Of a stretch of 64,000 nucleotides of DNA, positions 53,990 to 64,000 are shown piece by piece (within the stretch, counting starts at the first letter, position 1; the number at the start of each line of letters is the position of its first letter). Where the stretch lies: positions 51,957,815-52,021,814 of the forward strand of contig NC_058368.1 in assembly GCF_018350175.1 (NCBI RefSeq), in the 5' to 3' direction. The notes under the pieces are model-generated. The model saw only the letters and a program-made list of their open reading frames with translations, did not search any database and was not told where the DNA came from. Made by a program: the position numbers and the translations under genes. The DNA is from Felis catus (taxonomy: Eukaryota).

Positions 53990-54532
53990 GCAAGTTCTGT
54001 AAACTGTTTATTCCAGATGTATTTGTTATTGTTGGTAGGTAATTTAATTATACGTTTAACTTGATGAAATGTGAAAAGAAATACTTTCTGTGGAAAATAA
54101 ATTTATAATATTGGAAAGATATCACAAAGGAGAGGGATTTTAAAGATTATATTGAATTAAAGGTGGCTTACATAGCTGTAAAACATCGGGAGAAAAGTAA
54201 AAATTATAATTCTGCATTAAATTTGCTCTTTGCAGGCACTGGTAAGTTCTAGTTTTACTTAAAATAATTTAAAAAATAACTCTGAAATTCATAGTTAAGT
54301 ATTTATGGTAGTTTTGCAGAAAATAGGTCCAATTAGATACCCAAATTAAAAAATTCAAAAGGCCTTGGTTCTTCACCAGAAAACTGGAAAACAATTGTGC
54401 AACAATATTAAGCTAAAATACAAAGTGTTTGTATGTACACATATATTTCTTACACTGAATGACTTTTTCAAAAAACAATGATCTATAAATCCCAGTTGCA
54501 TAAATTGCGTTATTTAAGAGGTCTTGGACTAA
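53990..54532. mobile_element. Degenerate Tigger-family relic (MamRep434-like)
   Basis: aaaaggccttggttcttcaccagaaaactgg and terminal taagaggtcttggacta resemble remembered consensus. Confidence 0.45.
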
Positions 54533-56583
54533 GTCTCCAAACATCCCCATGATTTGGATTTGGGGCCATTATTTAATTATTTTATGGCTACTTGTCTACT
54601 TTGTATTGGCTATATAATATGCTTTCAGATTGGAATGAGGGACAATAACAGAGCATGTGATTTAGAGAAAGTAAACTGTGACTATTTTACTTTGTTTCTG
54701 TACTTGAATGTAAAGAAAAGTACGTTAGGACAAGTCACCAACTTTCAACTTAGATGTGACCATGTTACTCTCAAGGGGGAAGGGTTTTTGAGAACAATGA
54801 TGAGCTATTGAGGTGTCTTTGTGCAGTCAGTGTTTTCTGGAAACTGAGGTGGAGGAGGAAATAAGAAGATGAAGAGATCTGAGAGCATTAACAAATGATA
54901 GTCGGGATGATAGGGTTAATTTTTAATTAGAAGCAAGACTCCATGAAAGCAAAGTCAAACCAAGTGAAAGAGTCAGGCTACCCCATGGTAATAAGTACTC
55001 AGTGAAAAGGAGAATTGGTCTCAGAATTCATTCTGTGTCACCGCCTGATTATGTAGAGAAATATTCATCTGGAGCCAAAGTCCTGTTTTCTGTGGCTTTG
55101 TGTCTTTTTTTCTGGCAGCAATTTGGCCAAAGGCTTGTTGGTAGGTACACACACTTGAGAAAAAGGCCATTTTGTTAGATGACTTCTTTCCATCTAATTA
55201 GGAATCAAGTCATTAGTCTCATTGCAATCTGATTAGACGACTGTCTTAATATGATAAAGATAGGAAATAATTGTTTTTAAAAAAAGACAAATTGCTGGGG
55301 ACAAGGAAAGACCTCCTTTGCCTCAGTGAAACCTCCATTAATAATGTGTGAAGAAGCAATAACAAAGCACTCAGTGTTCCCTTTAGAGGCTCCTTGAGAG
55401 CAAGTCTGTCTGTGAGAAGCTTTCTTTTGCTAATGTGGGCTGAGTCACTGACAAAGGCCAGTGTTAATGGTCAGCTTCAAAATCTAATCCCTGGAAGGGA
55501 AGCATTTCCTTGGCTAGTTTTGTAATGTGCTTGTCAAACATTTTAAACCATTTAACAGAAAGAAGCATTGTGATGACAAGACACAACATGGCCAGTTCTT
55601 CGGATGCATCTGCCAACAGAGTAATGCAGTGATCCTTTTGGGCTCCAGTGGTTCAGGCACAAATGCAAACTCATGTGTGGAGTTCATCTTGCGACTCGGT
55701 TTTGATGTTGTGCCCACAAATAATTAGCTTCCACTAGGCTTATTGTCTTCCTTTGCATCTTTTTCCTCACGGAATATATTATTAATGTTTTATCCTAAAT
55801 AATATCCCTTATCCCTTCTGGTTAATCTGGTTAACTTCTTTTAGAAGGCTAGTAAAGTCATATTATTACAAGCAGGTCTTTCTGCTATCTCGAAACAACA
55901 TAGGGACATTGAAAAATAAAGCCAGACGGGATCTCCCTTTCTCTTGCCAGTCGAAATACAGTAAAATATCCTGCTCGTTCATTTCCATCTAGAATACTGA
56001 ATCTAATACTAATTTCTTCAGGGGATTAATGCACCATTGTTGTGACTCAGCAATGCATTTGTTTTACGACTGCCAAACACTGCTCCATGAAACCACACTA
56101 ACCACGTTACCCATGATGATTGCTGGGCTCGAAAATATGACTTGCCATATCAAATGGCACTCTTTTCCAAGAACCAAAGATGATAAATACATTCATCCAT
56201 CTTTTAAATAAATTGAAAGAGAAGAGTGAAAGAAAAAAAGGTTGTAGGTTTAACTTAGAACAGGAATACAGTTCATTTATATATTTATTGGTTATTCTCA
56301 CACCATCTGCAAGAACTTGAAGTGGGGACGTAGCATTTATTACCCCTTGCTGTTGGCTACAAAATGCATTATCAGCAATGGAGGGAAGAGGTGGGGCGGT
56401 GGGGAGTGGGACACTCCAGAGCCACCATTCTCAGAAACGCTCCAACTTCTGCATCCCATTCTTTTCTGTCTCTTTCCTTCCTCTTTCTCTTTTTTCTTCT
56501 TTCTCTCTTCCTTTCCTTTCCCTATTTCTTTTCTTGCCTTTTTCTTTGACTTTCTTGCTTTCTCAATGAAATGTTCCCTTCTC

Positions 56584-56822
56584 GCGGTACCTGGGTGTCT
56601 CAGTTGGTTAAGCGTCCGACTTCTGCTCAGATCATGATCTCATGGTTTGTGGGTTCAAGCCCCACCTCAGGCTCGTCATGCTCTGTGCTGACAGCTTGGA
56701 GCCTGGATCCTGCTTCAGATTCCGTGTCTCCCTTTCTCTTTGCCCCTCTACTGCTCATGCTCTGTCTCTGTCTCTCAGATATATTAATAAAACATAAGAC
56801 AAAAATTAAAAAGAAAAAAAAA
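56584..56822 (+). mobile_element. Can-SINE
   Basis: cctgggtgtctcagttggttaagcgtccgact head, CT-rich body, A-tail. Confidence 0.92.
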
Positions 56823-57590
56823 GAATTTTCCTTTCCCTCCATATTACTCAGGGGTGGTGAGTATTGCTTGGGACTTAGGAACACTTAAGACTCAACTGGA
56901 TACCAACCCTAGGGGCGGGACAGGTCTACTCGCTCCTTCTCTGAGTCTCATAATCTGTCAAAATTCCTTTCTGACCTAACAGTTATCACTCTTGGATTTG
57001 AGAGCTGAAGGTAAAAGTGTTCTAGCGTTTGGTGTTGTTAATACGAACTTAATGCAATATTTGGAAGTTATTAACAATTAAGAATTATTGATGTGGTATC
57101 ACTCACAAGCTTTCTCTTGTTTTCCTGAATGGGGAGAAAGAACCAGAGCTTGAGCACAATTCACAGTTGATCTTATCTATGCTTACAATCCTTAGAGAGA
57201 ATCCATGCCTTTGTGAACATCACATGTAAAAAGAAGTCTGCAGATAAAGCTAATAGGCTTTGTTCTCTGAATTTCACAGGAATGTTTTCAAAATCAGAGG
57301 AGTGTCAAATAGGTATTCCCAGTACCTAGAATAAGCTTGCTTCCCCTTGTAGGAACTCAACACACATTCTTTCTGCCAAAAGAACACAAGAGGGTCATCA
57401 TTCGTATGTTTTGGGGTGAGAAACAAGCATGGAGAATTGCTTTCTATGCTGTACCTTAACCGTACTCAACTCACATTCATTTCAACTTAATATTCTTACA
57501 CCACACTGAAATTGCAGTTTTTCAAAATTGGGATTGATAGCTTAGTGTAGGTGTCCCTTAAGGGTAATGCCTTCTGTCCTTATCACCCAC

Positions 57591-57592
<2 letters not shown>

Positions 57593-57636
<44 letters not shown>
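57593..57636. repeat. (TG)n microsatellite
   Basis: Directly visible. Confidence 0.95.
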
Positions 57637-57640
<4 letters not shown>

Positions 57641-58717
57641 ATGTCTGGTTCTTACGCACAGAAACAGGAACTGTGCTCACCTCCGCCGTGAATCCTTTCA
57701 TGGGTCTTTGTTGGTCTCTTTTGTTAGACTTGGCAGCAGCTTGGCAGACAGGAGATGTGCTGTTCTCATCTTCCCAAAGCCAACAAGCCTGACGGAGCAG
57801 ACCTTAGTGATTCATCAGCATGTTACTTTTGGAGTCACCTTGCCGTGTCATTGCAAATGCATTTCAGTGCATCCATATGCTACATCAAAATAGTTATTTT
57901 TGTTGTAAACGTTTTATAGAATTTAAAATTACTTGGCTATAAATAACACATTTAATTTATGTTTGGCTATTTCTGGGTAATCACTGTATATTGTCAGAGA
58001 GCTCTGTGAAGTATGGAAACCTAATCTGTAACTCTTTGCAACTCTAATGCCTGTATGCATATCAATGTCCTTGAACAATTAATGATACGGAATTGAAATA
58101 GAAATTGGACAGAAACAGGCATTAACTTAAACATTTATTACTTCATCTTTCGTTTTTTTCTTTTTGTGTTTTGTAGCTCATAATTTTTTTTTTTTTTTTC
58201 AGATCTCAAACATTTTTGGAGGCCTTTGACAAAGTCACTGGTGATAGACCCTGAGCCCTGGGTGCTTAAGGAATAGAATGGGCCTGCAGGGCAGGGCCCA
58301 ACAGATGGCTGACACCCTACTAGCCAAATGGTTGTCCACCAACCCTGAGCACCAACGTGTGGTTACTGCTTTTGAGGAAAGCATTTGCGGTTGGGGCTTC
58401 TCTCTTCAGTGCCTTTGAAGCTAAACGTTTTCTAAGAGAAAACAATTAAGAATGAGGATAGAGACAGACTTCATTGTCAGAGGAGCCCAGCACAATTGCT
58501 GAGCATGGACAGAATGAATAGGAATGCGGGGAGGTGGGGCTTGGTTCCCATTAGGAATAATTCCTGTAATCAGCTTGGATGATTAAATAGAAATCGTCAT
58601 GTCACACACAGAAAGGCCTGTCCCTGCCATCACCGTTCACACTAGCAGCACCTGCTAGGCTCAAGATAAGGAGAACTGGATGGGAACTTTACACGGACGC
58701 TTTGGTGTGCTTAGAGT

Positions 58718-58939
58718 TTATTATTTTTTTTTAAATGTTTATTTATTTTGAGAGAGGGAGAATGTGCAAGAGAGCACAAGCATGAGAGGGGAAGGTGCAG
58801 AGGCAGGGGGTGGGGAGAGAAACTCCCAAGCAGGCTCTGGGCTGCCAGTGCAGGGCTTGATCTCACGAACCTAAGAGATCATGACCTAAGCCAAAATCAA
58901 GAGTTGGATTCTTAACTGACTGAGCCACCCAGGAGGCCC
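58718..58939 (-). mobile_element. Can-SINE (older)
   Basis: Antisense head ctgactgagccacccaggaggccc, T-tail; no clear TSD. Confidence 0.9.
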
Positions 58940-59969
58940 TAGACAACTATGAATTGACTAGTTCCAAGAAACCCAATTTCCTAGTTGGAATATCTTTACC
59001 TCGTATCTAGAGTGATAGAATTCTTCCATCCTTTTGTTCAGACTATAGCTTTGTCTCTACACAGTGCAACGCTAGTAATTTGAATAACTATCCGATACTT
59101 ACTATGGGCCAGGCATCGCAACATGTACTTCACAGTATTACACCATCACAGCGAACTTATGAGATAAGCAATATTATTATACCCATTTTACTGGTAGGTA
59201 AAATAAGGCTCAGGGAAATTAAGAGACTTCATAAGGTCAGAAAACTAGGAAACGGAAGCAGTAGGTTAACGCTACATTGGCAATTCCTGTTCCTTTAGCT
59301 TTCCTGCAACATACCCAGACACCCTTTGTTGAAGTAACTTCCATTTAAATGATATTAGTTATGAGATCTCCTGCAGAATACTTTTCCTTTTCATTTCGTG
59401 GCTCATTATATTATTCTGGTCTTGTGTTCATGCAACTTTCCTTTCTAAGATTCAAATATTTGAAGCTAAATTTTTGAAGAGAGACAAATATGTGCAGTCT
59501 CTACTAAAATATTTAAAGTCTGTGTTAAAGCGAAGGTTCTAATTTAATTTCAGTGCAATTTCTAATATATTAAGATAACATAAAACCTTTTGAATTTGGA
59601 GCCTGTTAATTTTAATTGCATGGAAATCTCATCCAGGTTGAGTTGGAGTTCCCCATGGTATGATCCTTAAAAAAAATACAACCAATAAATAAACAATGTG
59701 ATGGACAATGCTGATAGAAGCTTCTTTAAAAGAATAAACTATTTTAGGTATGTCAGTATAATTTATTTGTATATTATTAAATGGTCTATTAATAAAATCA
59801 TTCCTGGAAAAATTATAGAAACTCCAAATTTGTGGGCCTTTAATGTAATTGCTATGTTTCAGTGAACAACACTAAACTGTATTTCTTTAAAATGCAATTT
59901 ATAATTCAGATTGATATTACAAATTACTCTGTCAGTCATCACAGAAATCAATTTCAAGACAGAATTTTC

Positions 59970-60197
59970 TTAAAAATATTTTTTAAATGTTTATTTAGTT
60001 TTGAGAGAGAGAGAGAGTACATGCGCTAGAGTGAGCGGGGGAGGGGCAGAGAGACAGGGAGACACAGAATATGAAGCAGGCTCCAGGCTCTGAGTTGTCA
60101 GCACAGAGCCTGAGGCAGGGCTCAAACCCACGAGCCATGAGATTATGACCTGAGCCGAAGTCCGATGCCTCACCAACTGAGCCACCCAGGTGTCCCT
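59970..60197 (-). mobile_element. Can-SINE
   Basis: TSD aagacagaattttc 59956-59969/60198-60211. Confidence 0.95.
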
Positions 60198-60524
60198 AAG
60201 ACAGAATTTTCGATGAGAAGATGTATCTTTTATTTACATTACTATTCAGAAATTATCCTGAGAAAAGTGGTTCCTGATCTGTTTCCAGAGAAATCACAGC
60301 CTCTACCTAATCTTTGATCATCCTTATTCACACCCTCCCTATCTCATCCTGCCAAAAACAAGTGAAAGACTCCAAAAGTGGCTTTAATTTAAAGGGATGT
60401 ATACAGACGCAAATACCTCATTATCGTTTTTGCTCAGGGTTATTATTACTCACTTGTTTCTTTCTCACTTCTTGCGGTATTTTCCTCAACAATCCTTTCT
60501 CCATTCTCCTAGTGCTGTCTTCTA

Positions 60525-61022
60525 GGCGAGTAACAGTCCCCACGCATCCCCTTTAGCCAAGGGCTAGGCACTGATTCCAACTAGGTGGGTCAGACTCTCC
60601 AGCTCTGGTGTCGGCGCCCAGGCCAAAGCGATGGAAGGATAGGGCATCACCGGAACTGATATCTCCCACCTGGAAGTATTGTGGCCATTGGCGTCTGCTT
60701 TAGCTCCTGTCCCTTACAAGCCCAAGCTTTACTCACCATTCTGTGAACTACTTACCTGCTTCCAGTAAACGGTCTTTCTTCTTAGTCAGCTGAGGTCGGC
60801 CACTGCTGCTGACAACCAGCCACCCCCGCCGAGAGGCGCTGCTCATTGACTTCCTTTCCGTTTTGCTTCGCTTCCTATTTCTTCCCCTTTCGGCCTTCCT
60901 CTTCCGGTCTTCCCATGCTCGTGTTTTTCTTGCTTTTTCTTGGAGGCTTTGCAAAGGTGAACGAAGAATAAGAAAGCTAATACAAAGTGGAAAAATGAAA
61001 ATATTTTGCAAGTATGTAGCGA
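60525..61022 (-). promoter_or_regulatory. CpG- and ETS-motif-rich non-repeat patch with a candidate minus-strand exon ending at 60756 or 60737
   Basis: About 19 CpG in 500 bp by eye; several GGAA cores including ACCGGAAG (minus, 60901-60908); donors CAG|GTAAGT and ATG|GTGAGT. Confidence 0.4.
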
Positions 61023-63093
61023 TGACTTTTTTTTTTCATTTAAAACTGAGAGTTCCTTGACCACGTAATGTATACAGTTGCAAGCCTTACAAATACTATC
61101 ATTAATAACAAAAAAGTATACGCAAAGCAACGTAACCCCTCCATCCCGACACACACAAGAAACTAAGCAGCACCTCGAACAAGTTTTACAGTTTTGGCCC
61201 ATTAAAACACATTTGTAGCTTGTCTAAAATACTTAGATGATTTGACCCATGCAGTATTTATTTTCAAAGGATCTTCTGCCAGATCTATGTCTTACTAAAG
61301 CAATTAACGTAGTTATTTTTGGAAGTAAGCATATAATGTCTTCTCTGCAGTGGGTTGAAACAATTTAAGTTTTGATGTCTAGGCTTCGGCTATCATTAAA
61401 AGTAAACTTAAATATTTAACACAGTAGTAGAGGAAAAACAGCTACAAAGTTTACTTGAAAATAAAGTGAGTCATTTCATTGAGCCATTTATCTCTTCTGC
61501 TTGCACGCATGACCAACAGAAGTTTGTGTCTGTCCTCAGGTCTCTCCCCCAGATAGTCAACAGCTGTTGCTTCCTTCAAACTGTAAACTCCATCTTCCTG
61601 TTTTACCTTAACTACTTTGCTCAGGCTGCCTTGGTTAAATGGCAATTCAAAATCTGAAAAGTTTTTGTAAATCACAGCAGTTATATTCCGAGTAACAGCT
61701 GCTAGGTGATACTAAGGATCAGTCAGGCCTACTAACATCAACACAGTTAATTCAGGTACTGTTTCCAAACACAAACCATTTAAAAAGAAACAAACAAACA
61801 AACAAAACAAAACAAAAACAACAAGCTGAGCCTGGAAATAAGGTTTTTCAGAGTAGAATCAAATGATTTTCTTATCTGAGGATAATGTAGCAGATTAATA
61901 TAGCTGATATCTATCTGAATCCATAAAATTTCCCTTTTATGTTAGCAGACCTAATTTGTCTACACCATATACATCACATGGATTAACAAGTGCAGAGACT
62001 TTATTTCAGGTTTTTTTTTTAAAAAAATATATGCATAGTTTTATCCCCTTTGTAATTGTTTTAATATCTTATACATTTATTGGTCATGTCTTAAATACTT
62101 TTGGCTTAGATTTTATGTCATCCATAAAATAATAATTTTCTGCAGGCTTGAAAATGGAATGTATCATTTAGATCCAACCTTGCACTTGGGATAAGGTCTT
62201 ATGCTTCCATGTACATAAATGTCTTCCTTTTCTGACAGAGGTAGGTATCCATTGTCTTGGGTGTACTACAAATATTGTAGCAGAGATGACAAGAAAAAAG
62301 TAATAGTTGAGATTCTTCACTTGAGTTTTACAATAGTGATTTGAACTAAAAGCAAAGAAAACAATTGTGAATGCCAAGGCTTTTGATTTGCAATAACTGG
62401 CTTTTTGATAGACAGGAGGTTTTTGAGTAGTGAAAGTCTGGTCTTGGGTATCCAGAGCAAAGTCCTGGTGGAATCAGGAAATAAAGTTAATGGGTTCAGG
62501 ACTATCTTTGGAAGAAAGCAGACAGGAGCCAGATAATCTTGCCTAGAATTGTTTTGGGGAAGATAAGAGATAGGCAGGAATCTCACATTTAGCTCCTGCC
62601 TCCTTCCCCCAGGCCAGAAAATACACTTAGCTGATACGAGTAGGGATGGATACCAACAACCGGAATCCAGAGGAAATGTGGAGATCATGGTGATTTATAA
62701 AAAAAAAAAAAAAAAAAAAAGACAAAAGCTCATCTATATTTTTTGCACATCTTGTATTTTTTACTGTGAAATATGCTAATGTGATAATGTAGATTAAGAG
62801 ATAAGAGTTTACTGGTTTTTTCCTTAGTAGGATATGTAAAAGAATATTGTGGAAAGCTTTGAAATGTACAAAACATCTGCTAGGTATCCTGTCTAGAGAA
62901 CTCTCCTGCATTATCTATGCTTTTTGTTGTCTTTAAGCTAATTTGCCATCTAAATCGTATACTGATGGAAATAACTTTTTTTCCATAGAAATGCAAATGT
63001 ATTTTATCAATGTAAGTGCAATTTGTTATTTTCCTGTGGATATTAACCAATTTTGAATCTATTTACACTTTCATTTCAGCATTTCTGAGTGCC

Positions 63094-63099
63094 TATATA

Positions 63100-63143
<44 letters not shown>
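63094..63143. repeat. (TA)n microsatellite
   Basis: Directly visible. Confidence 0.95.
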
Positions 63144-63148
<5 letters not shown>

Positions 63149-64000
63149 TTTTTGAATTCTTTTTTGAACTGGTTGTAACATCTTACTGGTTCCCTCATTT
63201 AATAGTGAGTTAAATACATTCTTTGACATGTTTTAATTTGATATATGTATACGAGTCATGATTTTACCCTTCTAAAAATGATAATTTAATGTATATTTTT
63301 TGGTGAACGGGACATTTCTGGAGATACGTTAACTTATTTAAAACTCTATGAATGATGATGGAGGTCTCAGGCATCTCCCCACACGGCAGGGGGAAAAGTT
63401 TGTGGAACAGTAAGTGGTAGTTATTTATCTCCAATCAAAATATCTAGCTATTATGTGCTTAGGGACAAACTCTTTTCCCTTGGCATTGCGTTTGCATGGG
63501 AAGGTTTTCCATTGGGAATAGACCCTCCTGTTTTCTCTACCCCTTTTATTCTGGCCTCACTGAGGGAGATGAAGTGACTTACCTGATTGGAAAGACTGGA
63601 AGAAAAATTTGGACCAAATTCAGAAGGAACATAGCTCAATCCCTTTTTCCTGGTATGCTTTAGGATTTGTTGCTTTCGTTTCAGAGATTTCGTAGGGAGA
63701 AGCACTAAACATGACAGGGCTACCATTTATCTGCATTGCCAGTGGGGTCCACTGGACTAACATGCTCCATTTTCCAAGACCTTTATCAATAAGAAAGCTG
63801 ATATTTTTGAGCTCCATTGCTTGCATCTATCTCTCAAGTGTTTTAGAACATGGATGAGAAAAGGGGTAGTTATTTATTAGTCTCTCAAACTCTAGACCCA
63901 AGAAAAGGAACTGTTGTATCAGTCTTTCATATATAAATACATAAACTGATGTTGGCCTGCTTTAACACCAATCGATAGGATACATTCCAGGAATGCCTTA

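Noticed and set aside
11386..61474. Scattered single AP-1 heptamers (TGASTCA)
   Set aside because: Several are expected by chance in a window this size
1036..63826. The many 60-150 aa ORFs outside L1 as genes
   Set aside because: No recognisable domains; many start at non-ATG codons or overlap SINE, MIR, L2, LTR or microsatellite sequence; expected by chance

Overview
Mammalian, repeat-rich, AT-rich non-coding DNA from a carnivore, almost certainly a felid (Can-SINEs of the SINEC_Fc type plus L1_Fc-type LINEs). I find no intact protein-coding gene and cannot name a host gene. The only recognisable protein homology is a full-length but disrupted LINE-1 (41883-48953, +) plus older L1 relics. 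The rest is about 16 tRNA-derived Can-SINEs (most with readable target-site duplications, TSDs), short 5'-truncated L1 3' ends of two felid lineages, ancient L1M/L2/MIR pieces, MaLR/ERVL solo LTRs, Tigger and hAT relics, and microsatellites. I see no evidence of a new multi-gene biological system. The best leads are modest: strong minus-strand splice donors with a CpG/ETS-rich promoter-like patch near 60.5-61 kb (possible unannotated spliced transcript), a recursive-splice-like site, a SINE whose core was replaced by a G4-capable (CTCCGGGG)6 repeat, odd junctions in the full-length L1, and a pair of NRF2/Maf-type elements. Repeat family names come from remembered consensus sequences, not a database search, and boundaries of ancient repeats are approximate.
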